IMG/VR virus record: IMGVR_UViG_3300047409_000574
Location: 62,256-126,255 of that record
Length of the DNA stretch: 64,000 nt
Reading direction: 5' to 3' (one strand)
Source: a virus
The first letter of the stretch is position 1, and each line of letters begins with the position of its first letter. A program made the translations under genes and the position numbers. Shown here piece after piece: positions 7,652 through 16,216 of the stretch. The notes below the pieces were generated by a model. That model saw only the letters and a program-made list of their open reading frames with translations, did no database searches and was not told the DNA's origin.

Positions 7652-9631
7652 GTGAGCGCTGCCCTAGAGGAAGGCATCTGGGATGCCCTGCGGCACCCTC
7701 GCGGGCGCGGCGGCCAGTGGTCGAAGGTGTTGGGCAAGGTGGAGGCGGCGGCCGGGGAGAAGGGTGACCCGGCCGTCGTCTCGAAGCTCAAGGCGAAGCT
7801 GGAGCCGCCGCCGATCGTTCGGCGTGTCAAGAAGCTGGAGACGACGGAGGCGTTTCGGCGCGGCCGTCGCAGCCTGGGCTACATGCGTCAGTCGGGCGTG
7901 CATGGGGACGAGTTCATGTTCGACCTGGCGACCGATCAGGGGTTCGCGGGTCGGCCGCACGCGGTGAGCGAGGAGGAGCTACAGGCGCATATCGACGCGG
8001 GGGCGGTCGAGATGTGGCGGGGCACGTCGGATCGTTCGTACGCGGACACGTTTCTGACCGGGACGTACTACGCGCTTGCGCTCGACACGCCCATTCCGAC
8101 CCCGAGCGGGTGGAGCACGATAGGGCAGATCGAGGCTGGGGATCAGGTATTCGACGCCGATGGCAAGCCCACGGAAGTCGTGGGCGTGACGCCTGTGTTC
8201 ATGGATCGGCCATGCTACGCAGTCCGGTTCGACGATGGCTCCGAGATTGTTGCTGACGCCGACCATCAGTGGTTGGTATCCACCCGTCCTAGTCGCGAAC
8301 ATGCGCGACGGTGGAAAAACCCCGACAGGCGGATCGTGATGGGAAGGGCGAGGGCGATGCGAGGCGCTGGGGTGTTGCTTCGCGAGATTGGTTCCGAGCT
8401 TGGAATCACGGTGGACGCAGCGTGGAGTGAAGGATCGCACGGCGGTGATCGCGTCGTGACGACGGCGGAGATGGCTGCAACGATCGCGAGTCGGTACGCG
8501 GTTGCGAATGTCGCGCCGCTCAGGCTGCCGGATGCGGCCCTGCCAATCGACCCGTATGTGCTGGGCGCGTGGCTTGGCGACGGCACGGCCGCTAACGCCA
8601 CCTTCACGTGCGAGGACGAGGAGATCGTCTGGCAGATTAGGGCCGCAGGTCATGCTGTTCAGCGTCGGGGCGAGTCGGGCTACGGGTGTCCGAGATGGCA
8701 GATTTTCGACCTTCGCAGGAAGTTGGATTCAGCATCGCTTCTCGACAACAAGCATGTGCCGTCAGAGTATTTCCGGGCGTCGGCCGAACAGCGTCGTGCC
8801 CTCATCTGCGGGCTAATGGACACAGACGGAACGGTGTCCAAGTTCGGCCAGTGTGAGTTTGGCAACGCGAATCGCGCGCTGGCTTACGGCATGGCCGAAC
8901 TGCTTGCCTCTGTTGGCATCAAGGTGCGAATTCTTTGCCGCGACGACGACAGGAGGAGTCGTAAGCCCTTCTTCCGGGTGATGTTCTCGACCCATTCACC
9001 CGTGTTTCGACTTCGGCGCAAGCTTGATCGCCAACAACTAGGGCGGGCCGAGGTGGATAGCAAGATCGGCAGGCACTCCGTTGTCGAGGTGCGCCAGGTT
9101 GAGAGTGTGCCTGTCAGGTGTCTGGAGGTTGCGTCCCTGTCGCACCTGTTCGTTGTCGGCAGGGCGATGATTCCGACGCACAACTGTGGGTTGGGCTTCC
9201 GCGGCAACGGCATCTACACGGCGTCGGGTGCGCGCGCGGAGCAGATGGCGCGGGCGTACGCGACTGCACCGCCGACACGCGGGATCGCGGCGAGGTCGGA
9301 TTCGCCGACTGTGGTGCGGATGGCGTTGCACCGGGACGCGAAGGTGGTCGAGTTCGAGGATGCGGCGCGGAGCGCCCGGCACGCCCATCAGGCGGCGATG
9401 GTGGTGGGGGAGAAGTCGGGCGGTGCGGGCGGCACACCGGATCAGGTGCGGGCGGAGGTCTATCGTGATCCGTCACGCTGGGCGCTCGCGAACGGCTATG
9501 ACGCGGTGCGGGTGACGCAGGCGGATGGCAGCGACGAGCACATCGTGTTGAACCGGACGGCGTTGCTGGTCTCGACGGAGTTTCGGGAGGCCGGGCAGAG
9601 CGTGATGCGTGGGGCGAGGCACGCGGCGTGA
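7652..9631 (+). CDS. HPRGRGG-tagged ADP-ribosyltransferase-like protein interrupted by an intein
   Basis: N-terminal LEE..HPRGRGGQW and GEKGD. The exteins join as MWRG..TGTYY|CGLGFRGNGIY..GYDAV..EHIVLNR, an ART-fold pattern. Confidence 0.75.
   Translation: MSAALEEGIWDALRHPRGRGGQWSKVLGKVEAAAGEKGDPAVVSKLKAKLEPPPIVRRVKKLETTEAFRRGRRSLGYMRQSGVHGDEFMFDLATDQGFAGRPHAVSEEELQAHIDAGAVEMWRGTSDRSYADTFLTGTYYALALDTPIPTPSGWSTIGQIEAGDQVFDADGKPTEVVGVTPVFMDRPCYAVRFDDGSEIVADADHQWLVSTRPSREHARRWKNPDRRIVMGRARAMRGAGVLLREIGSELGITVDAAWSEGSHGGDRVVTTAEMAATIASRYAVANVAPLRLPDAALPIDPYVLGAWLGDGTAANATFTCEDEEIVWQIRAAGHAVQRRGESGYGCPRWQIFDLRRKLDSASLLDNKHVPSEYFRASAEQRRALICGLMDTDGTVSKFGQCEFGNANRALAYGMAELLASVGIKVRILCRDDDRRSRKPFFRVMFSTHSPVFRLRRKLDRQQLGRAEVDSKIGRHSVVEVRQVESVPVRCLEVASLSHLFVVGRAMIPTHNCGLGFRGNGIYTASGARAEQMARAYATAPPTRGIAARSDSPTVVRMALHRDAKVVEFEDAARSARHAHQAAMVVGEKSGGAGGTPDQVRAEVYRDPSRWALANGYDAVRVTQADGSDEHIVLNRTALLVSTEFREAGQSVMRGARHAA
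8072..9184 (+). mobile_element. Class 3 (Ala1, WCT-motif) intein with LAGLIDADG homing endonuclease, 371 aa
   Basis: Starts ALALDTPIPTPSGW; block B ADADHQW; block F VPVRCLEV; ends IPTHN followed by Cys+1. LGAWLGDG and CGLMDTDG motifs. Lower GC3 than the flanks. Confidence 0.93.
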
Positions 9632-9858
9632 GCGGCGAGCCGCCGGTTGCCTGGGAGATCGACTTGCGGCTGCATGATTTGCGCCGTGAGTTGGCGCGGA
9701 TGGAGGACACCGGGGAGGAGTTTGATCTGGCCTGGGTGGCGGCGATGATGCGTGCGGCGTACGCGAAGGGCTATGTGGATGCGCTGGTCGAGCCGGAGCC
9801 GGGGAAGTGGATCACGGAGTACGGCTACAAGGTGCCTGCGAAGGCGAAGCGTGGCTGA
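9628..9858 (+). CDS. Small hypothetical protein
   Basis: GTGA overlap with the upstream gene; AAMMRAAYAKGYVDAL helix. Confidence 0.7.
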   Translation: MSGEPPVAWEIDLRLHDLRRELARMEDTGEEFDLAWVAAMMRAAYAKGYVDALVEPEPGKWITEYGYKVPAKAKRG

Positions 9859-11743
9859 CTCGGCGACGCTCGACGCGCAGGTGTCGTATTCGAGGAAGGC
9901 TGCGGCGCTGATGAATAGCGAGGCGGTGCTCGGGCTGCCGCTCGACCAGCTTTGGGCTGTTCGCGACGCGCTCGCGCAGGCGCGCACGGAGGATGATCTG
10001 CCGTCGCATGTGCGCGTGCTGTTCGACGAGCAGACGCACGCGAAGATTGTGGAGGCTCGCTACACGGAGCGGCTGCATCCTCGTGGCCGGGGTGGGAAGT
10101 GGATCAGGGGGATGCACCGGATCGAGCAGGTGGCGTCGATGGCGAGCACGGCGACGAAGCTCAAGGTCGGCAAGGGTCGCAAGGGTCGCAAGGCAAAACC
10201 GGTGGGCTGGTTGGAGGCGGTGCGGGAGCATCAGAAGGTGCCGGTGCTCAAGCAGAGCGATCTGGTGCGGCGGCGGCGGCAGGCGTTCTCGACTCCACGC
10301 GAGGAGTGGAAGCTGGTCTCGACGGGCGACGGGGATGTTTACGCTCAGGGCGACGCGACGTTGACCTGGCGGTCGAGGAAGATCAACGACAACGTCGAGT
10401 GGGGGTATGAACTTCGGATCGACGGTGGAGAGCCGCGCTGGATTGAGAGCTATCCGGGCGACGGCATCTACGACGTGGCTCGACGGGCGATGCCGGAGCG
10501 GCGCTCGGAGTCCGACAAGTTCATGGACGAGTGGTACGGCGGCCCTGGCCGACCGGGCTTGTATCAGCGGGTGAGCGGTGATCCGGGCGAGCAGTTCGTG
10601 GCGCAGCACGAGCGGATCATGGATGCGGGCGCACGGATCGACGCGGAGATCGTCCGGCGGATGGGTGACGCGGTGAAGCGGCATCGGGAGGCGGTCAAGG
10701 CGGAGCGGGATGCGAAGAAGGCGGTGGTGCTGGCCGAGAAGCATGAGGAGGTGCTGGCGTTCACCGGGATCGGCCGGGAGATGCTCGGGTGGCTGGAGCA
10801 CGACCCGGAGCAGTTGACGCCGGATGCGCTACGCGAGCGGCTGCGGCTCTACAACCGTGAGGCGGTGAAGCTGGCGCGCAACCAGGACAAGTCGGTGATG
10901 ACGACGGCGAACGCGCAGTTGTGGGACATGCACGAGTACGACCGGTTCAACGTCGCGGAGCGGAACGGCATCGACTTGCAGGCCGCGCACGACGCAGGCT
11001 ACGAGGCGCGCGTTGTGGTGTTTCGCGCGGCCGATGAGCGGCGGGCGGCCGAACAAGACCTTGCCGACAGGCGGCGCGCCGCGACCTGGGAGGTGCTCGG
11101 GGAGACGCGTCGGTTCGGCAACGAGTTCGAGATCACCCACGACTACTCGCCGGACGTGATGCACTACGACGAGACGACTGCGAAGGCGCTCGACTTCGTC
11201 GCGGTGTTTCTGCCGCACGACTGGATTGTGGACTCGAACCGGTCGGAGTATCGGCTGCTGGTTGGCGAGGCGGATCAGCGCGGGAGCTACGGGCATGCAC
11301 GGTCGTTCAACGTGCAGACCGGTGTGGGGACTTCGGTGTTGACCGGCAACCGTGAGCAGAAGGATCACGGGGCGATGTTGCCGCGTGGGGCGGGGGTGGC
11401 GTTGCACGAGATGGTGCACCGCGCGGAGTACGTCCATGACGGGATCAAGGGGGCGGAGTGGACGTTCTACCAGCAGCGGGTTTCGCCGGGCGTCAACCGC
11501 ACATGGGAGACGCCGGAGAGGCTGATCGACTTGATCCCGAACTCGGGCTACGAGGAGCACGAGATGGCGCGCCGCGATCACTTCACCCATCCCTACTCCG
11601 GGAAAAGTTACGGGGATGACATGGAGTCAGCGTGGGAGCTTCTGACGATGGGCGTGCAGGACTTGGCGACCGGCGAGCACGGGATCATCGACAAGGACGA
11701 GGAGTACCGGCAGTTCGTCCTGGGCGCGCTCGCCATTCTCTGA
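9851..11743 (+). CDS. HPRGRGG-tagged protein with C-terminal HEXXH metallopeptidase-like domain
   Basis: Likely start is the GTG at 9851. IVEA..HPRGRGGKW at about 10076; ALHEMVHRAE..YSGKSY..WELLTMG. Confidence 0.75.
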   Translation: MADSATLDAQVSYSRKAAALMNSEAVLGLPLDQLWAVRDALAQARTEDDLPSHVRVLFDEQTHAKIVEARYTERLHPRGRGGKWIRGMHRIEQVASMASTATKLKVGKGRKGRKAKPVGWLEAVREHQKVPVLKQSDLVRRRRQAFSTPREEWKLVSTGDGDVYAQGDATLTWRSRKINDNVEWGYELRIDGGEPRWIESYPGDGIYDVARRAMPERRSESDKFMDEWYGGPGRPGLYQRVSGDPGEQFVAQHERIMDAGARIDAEIVRRMGDAVKRHREAVKAERDAKKAVVLAEKHEEVLAFTGIGREMLGWLEHDPEQLTPDALRERLRLYNREAVKLARNQDKSVMTTANAQLWDMHEYDRFNVAERNGIDLQAAHDAGYEARVVVFRAADERRAAEQDLADRRRAATWEVLGETRRFGNEFEITHDYSPDVMHYDETTAKALDFVAVFLPHDWIVDSNRSEYRLLVGEADQRGSYGHARSFNVQTGVGTSVLTGNREQKDHGAMLPRGAGVALHEMVHRAEYVHDGIKGAEWTFYQQRVSPGVNRTWETPERLIDLIPNSGYEEHEMARRDHFTHPYSGKSYGDDMESAWELLTMGVQDLATGEHGIIDKDEEYRQFVLGALAIL

Positions 11744-13662
11744 TGTTCGCGCTGCTCACCGATGACGCGCTGTTGCGCTGGCAGGACGGAAAGGTGTCGG
11801 GCTTCCCGTTCGAGACGGTGCTCGACGCGGAGATCAAGCTGGGTGATGGGCCGCAGGCGGCGACACCGACGGGGCCGTTCTATCGAGTGGGTTCGCCGGA
11901 GCATGCGGTGATGGCGTTGACGAAGCTGCTGCCGGGCGCGGAGTTGCACGGGGAGGTGCCGGTGATCCCGGAGTTCCCGGACGAGCTTGACCCGGAGCCG
12001 CTCCAGGAGGCGGCGGAGTTCGCCGAGCGCCTGCATCTCCGCAACCGGCTCGGCCGGTTCCGCGACATGCCTGACCTGCACCTGCCGCACGTCGGCGCGC
12101 CCGAGCACCACGCGCTCTACAACGAGTTGGGGATGGGCGACGAGCAGTTGATCGACGCGGTTCGCAAGGCGGTGCAGGAGCGGCCGGAGCGCGTCACGCA
12201 TGGCTACACCGGCCACAACTCCTTCTTCATCGTTGGCGACGAGGTGTTCTCGCACAACGACTGGCCTAACATCCCGCGTGACCTGCGCGACCAGGCGGTC
12301 ATGGTGCACTCGCACTCCCCCGACGGGCTGACCGGCTCGCTTCGGCGGCCGGACTACTTCGACCAGCCGCACGACAAGCAGCCGTTGAACGCCGAGGACA
12401 TGTTCATCTGGATCAAGGGGATGCGCGACAGGCAGATGGGGCCGAGGCTGGCGATGATCTACGCCGACGGCACGATGGATGTGGTCGGGATCACGCACGA
12501 GACCGACGACAAGGTGCTCAAGTGGGGGCAGAAGCGCCTGCACGATTCCATCGGCCGGGCGGAGCGCGACCACATGCGCGCGTGGCTTGCCGAGCGGAAG
12601 TTCTCGTACCACGAGCAGTTGCGCTGGGGGACACCGGATGAGGCTCGACAGATTCGGGCGCTGCATCCGAGCGAGTCGATTCGCGAGACGGGCACGGCGG
12701 CGGGCGAGAAGGGCGGCCAGGAGAAGCTCTCGACGGGCAAGTGGGTCAACAAGCTCCCGGCGGAGTATCTGCCGAGGTCGGACGCTGCTCGGTTCTGGTC
12801 GTTTCTGCCCGGTGTTGGAGGCGAGAAGGGCGATGAGCCGCTCAGTTCGCTCACGACCGCCGAGAACTTCGCAGCGGTGTTCGACGGGTTCGAGCACGGC
12901 GGGATCGTCGCGCACGTTGAGGAGCATGTGCAGGTCAACCCGCCGGACGCGCAACTGAGGGTCGGCGGGAGCCTGGCGCTCGCGGAGGTGCGCGGCGTGT
13001 TCGAGGACACGACCGCCGATGGCCCCCGGCTGGGCGGGCAGTTCGACAGTTACCTGGCGCGCGACGAGGAGAACAAGCTGCGCGCGTTCCTTTCGCTGTT
13101 GATCCTCAAGCCGGAGCAGCAGGGCCGGGGGTTCGGCACGGCGTTCTTTCAGCACATGCTGGAGGAGTACCGGCGCAACGGGGTGCACGCGGTCGGGCTA
13201 ACGGCTGGCGACAGAGTGGGCGGCTTCCACTGGGCCGTACAGGGCTTCGACTTCACGACGGGTCTCTACTCGATCCTGGCGTCCGGTGAGGACTTGGAGC
13301 GCCGCTCCCATCTCTACGGCGACGAGAAGTTCGCGCGCGCGTACGCGGTCAGCCGGATGTGGAAGGAGCGCAACCTCGACCACCCACACTTCTTCATGGA
13401 GCGGACATACCAGGAGCTACCGCCCGACCACTACGAGCAGTTCGAGGCGCAGATGCCGACCAAGGAGAAGCTCGACGCCTACGCGGCCGGTGACCTGTCG
13501 GCATTGGACGGCACGTTCGACTCGCCGCAGGAGATCGCGCTGTTCGGCAAGCAGACCCATACCTGGGTGGAGTCGCACGACCCGTACTCGATGGGTGAAC
13601 GCATGTGGTTGGGCAAGCGCTTCCTGCTCGGGGCGGAGTGGCGCGGGGAGATGACCCTCTGA
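11743..13662 (+). CDS. Tagged polyprotein: N-terminal small domain, JAB/MPN-like domain, GNAT acetyltransferase
   Basis: TGATG coupling. LQEA..HLRNRLGRF; VHSHSP..LNAEDM (HxH..D); GEKG at 12703 and 12820; QQGRGFGT..GGFHWAVQGFDF (GNAT motif A). Confidence 0.72.
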   Translation: MFALLTDDALLRWQDGKVSGFPFETVLDAEIKLGDGPQAATPTGPFYRVGSPEHAVMALTKLLPGAELHGEVPVIPEFPDELDPEPLQEAAEFAERLHLRNRLGRFRDMPDLHLPHVGAPEHHALYNELGMGDEQLIDAVRKAVQERPERVTHGYTGHNSFFIVGDEVFSHNDWPNIPRDLRDQAVMVHSHSPDGLTGSLRRPDYFDQPHDKQPLNAEDMFIWIKGMRDRQMGPRLAMIYADGTMDVVGITHETDDKVLKWGQKRLHDSIGRAERDHMRAWLAERKFSYHEQLRWGTPDEARQIRALHPSESIRETGTAAGEKGGQEKLSTGKWVNKLPAEYLPRSDAARFWSFLPGVGGEKGDEPLSSLTTAENFAAVFDGFEHGGIVAHVEEHVQVNPPDAQLRVGGSLALAEVRGVFEDTTADGPRLGGQFDSYLARDEENKLRAFLSLLILKPEQQGRGFGTAFFQHMLEEYRRNGVHAVGLTAGDRVGGFHWAVQGFDFTTGLYSILASGEDLERRSHLYGDEKFARAYAVSRMWKERNLDHPHFFMERTYQELPPDHYEQFEAQMPTKEKLDAYAAGDLSALDGTFDSPQEIALFGKQTHTWVESHDPYSMGERMWLGKRFLLGAEWRGEMTL

Positions 13663-13704
13663 CGGGGGCTTGTTGGAGTCAGCGCTGATGGCTACGATGG
13701 GGGC

Positions 13705-13860
13705 ATGGCTTCTAGGCTGACAGAGATCACCCAGCAGGTCGCGGAGGAGTGGCGCAAGGAGGGCAAGCTGTTGGTGCCGCCCGACAAGGCGCTTCCCGAT
13801 CCCACGGACGCGTTCTGGGACGAAGTCCAGCGTCGCTACGACGAGCAAGTCGCCGCGTAG
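13705..13860 (+). CDS. 51-aa leaderless protein after the GNAT gene, candidate immunity protein
   Basis: TTGTTG-17 nt-TACGAT lies 6 nt before the ATG; MASRLTEITQQVAEEWRKEG...; high GC3. Confidence 0.6.
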   Translation: MASRLTEITQQVAEEWRKEGKLLVPPDKALPDPTDAFWDEVQRRYDEQVAA

Positions 13861-13908
13861 CAATCAGCGTTGACGACCCGGCACGGTTCCAGTACCGTGC
13901 CCTAGGTC

Positions 13909-14034
13909 GTGTCCGATGTTCTGCATGAAGCTGTCAGGAGCCGCCGGGGCCGGTTCACCGCGTTCTGCGCGGGGCTGATCTTCGGGATGCTGGTCGGTGT
14001 GCCGGTCGGGATCGCGCTGGCGGTGTGGCGCTGA
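13909..14034 (+). CDS. Small membrane protein
   Basis: 41-aa ORF with hydrophobic FCAGLIFGMLVGVPVGIALAVW; TGATG overlap with the next gene. Confidence 0.5.
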   Translation: MSDVLHEAVRSRRGRFTAFCAGLIFGMLVGVPVGIALAVWR

Positions 14035-14396
14035 TGCTGCGCGCCCATCCGCTCGGGCCGCGTGTGCTGGTCAAGCCGCTGGAGGCCGCCGATTCAACGT
14101 CGGCAGGGGTTGTGTTGCCGGAGGGCGTGCGGGGGAAGGAGTCGCGCGGGGTGGTCGTGGCTGCTGGCGCATGGTGGCGGCATGACAGCTACGGGGTGCC
14201 GGAGGAGCAACTCGACGCGCCATTCCCGGTCTCGCCGGGGGACGTGGTTGTCTATCCGCGGGGTGCGGGCATCGAGGTGACGCTCGATCTGTCGGAGACC
14301 GGCGAGCAGGAGGACTTGCTGCTTTTGCACATCAACGACTGTCTGCTCCGGCTAGAGGAGATCGAGGTGCGCAACCGCGACGAGAGCCATCGGTGA
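14034..14396 (+). CDS. groES: Divergent co-chaperonin GroES (Cpn10), copy 2
   Basis: HPLGPRVLVKP, TSAGVVLP, GVVVAAGAW, VSPGDVVVYPRGAG and LLLHINDCL; has insertions relative to copy 1. Confidence 0.85.
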   Translation: MLRAHPLGPRVLVKPLEAADSTSAGVVLPEGVRGKESRGVVVAAGAWWRHDSYGVPEEQLDAPFPVSPGDVVVYPRGAGIEVTLDLSETGEQEDLLLLHINDCLLRLEEIEVRNRDESHR

Positions 14397-15987
14397 TCCG
14401 GCAGTTTCGGGTGCGCGGTCTGCCTGCGTTCGAGCAGGATGTGAAGGTGACGGTGAGCAAGGTGAAAGAGGTGCCGGTGAAGGTGGGGGACACGGTGACG
14501 GTGTTGTGCTCGGCGACGGTGGAGGCGGTGTACGGCTCGCAGGGTCAGGAGGTTGATCTGGGGAACCTCGTTCCGAGACGGATCACGGAAGTGCGGCGAA
14601 GCGAGTGACGCTGCTGCCGCCGGTCAAGATCGACGAGCAGATCATGGTGCTCGGCAAGGTGGACGGCGAAGGTCGCTTCGACAAGCTGAGTGGGCAGGCC
14701 GGGGTGGTGCGGGCGTTCTCGACCCAGTGGGAGTACGGCCGGATCATCGCAACGTGCCGGGTCGAGTTCTACGATCACACGCTCGGGATCAGATGGCTGC
14801 CCCGGCACCGGGTGGTGCCGTTGCACGAGAACGGCATTCAGCGTCGGATACGTCGGGGCCGTCAGTGGCTTCGTCAACTGTCGGCGAGATGATCGACGGG
14901 CGGCGGCCGATGAAGGTGCGGGCGGATGTGTACGAGGCTCGCGCATCGGTTATCTTCCGTTTCCGAGTGACGGGAACCGTGAAAGACGCGGAGGCGCGTC
15001 GGGAGTGGATCAGGTCGTCGGCGCAGAAGCTCGCGGAGTTCGCGGCGCGCAAGGCGGGGGTTGAGGTGAGGGTCGAGTTCGATGAGCGGCTGGCACGGGT
15101 CGGCTCCAAGATGGTCGAGCTTTAGATGGCCGGACAGGCGAGCACGGTGGTGCTGGCGAAGCTGCCGCCGGGTACGAAGGTGACCAAGGTCACGTCGGGC
15201 GGGTTCTGTCTGGTGGTCTGCGAGCACGAGACGACGCGACAGCGTGGCGGCGGTTACGCTGGCCGGATGTGCACGGTCTGTCTGTTCTCCAGCGTCCAGC
15301 CGGTCGAGTCGTGGAAGCCGGTGAGCTTCCTCGCCAGGGTGCCGAAGTCGGCACGCACGCTTCCCGAGCGTGTGGCTCAGGAGAGCTTGTTTTAGGTGGC
15401 GTCCGCGCATGTCACGGTGCTGCTCGGGGGCGCGCCGCGCTGGTCTCCAGCGTCGGCGTACAGCCTGGTCGGCGAGTCGGTGCTCGACGCGGACGGGAGC
15501 GTCTGGGGGACAGTCGAGAACTGCGAGTGCGACGCGACGGCTGTCTACGTGCTGCTCGACTACGACGGTGCGAAGGAACCGACCGAGGCGCATATCGCGG
15601 GGCCGCCGGAGCCGCTGGCGGTCGCGTTCGATTCCGAGGACGGCAACCCGACGGCGTACCTGACGTTCGAGTCGGGGGTGCTGCCGGTCGAGTTCATTCT
15701 GGACGCGCCGGTTGTTGACGACTGACGAGACCCGGCTGGCCGGGCTGCACTTTGCGGCCTCGTTGCGCGGTGCGACCGACCGGGAGACCTCGCTGTCGTG
15801 GATGGCTGATCGTGGTTACATCGCCTGGGACGACGATCTGGCGTTGTTCGCGTTGACCGAGAAGGGGCGGGTGCGCGCTGACGCGCTGGCCGCCGTGTTG
15901 TCGGACGGCCGCTCGCACAGTCGGCTGCCGTTGGTGGTGCTGCTGGCCGTCGGTGGGCTGGTCACGGTCAGGATGTTCCGCCGGTAA
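14393..15987 (+). other. Run of six small hypothetical genes (14393-14608, 14605-14892, 14889-15125, 15126-15395, 15396-15725, 15712-15987)
   Basis: Abutting or overlapping + strand ORFs with high GC3. The last has a C-terminal transmembrane segment. Confidence 0.6.
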
Positions 15988-15997
15988 GCTGCGGGAG

Positions 15998-16216
15998 GTG
16001 CGGATCGTCGCCGAGACCGTGAGTGGCCGGTTCACCCTTGTGGAGATGGACGGTGGCGCGGGTCGGGTGGTGAACCGGGAGACGCACGGCTACGTGCTGG
16101 CCCCGGCGGTCGAGTCGGTGCTCGCCCGCGGCGGCTGGGTGGCCTACACCGGGACGGACGCGGAGGGCGAGGCGCGCAAGCTGATGGACGCCGCGTGGCT
16201 GGAGCGGGTCGCGTGA
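15998..16216 (+). CDS. Small protein with SVLARGGW motif, possible immunity protein
   Basis: TAAGCT 7 nt before the GTG; GTGA overlap with the zeta-toxin gene. Confidence 0.55.
   Translation: MRIVAETVSGRFTLVEMDGGAGRVVNRETHGYVLAPAVESVLARGGWVAYTGTDAEGEARKLMDAAWLERVA

Noticed and set aside
9752-9850. Longest-ORF starts from the track (9752, 11632, 16195, 33736, 62115 and others)
   Set aside because: The extensions overlap upstream genes in another frame. Coupled starts at 9851, 11743, 16213, 33871 and 62334 fit better.
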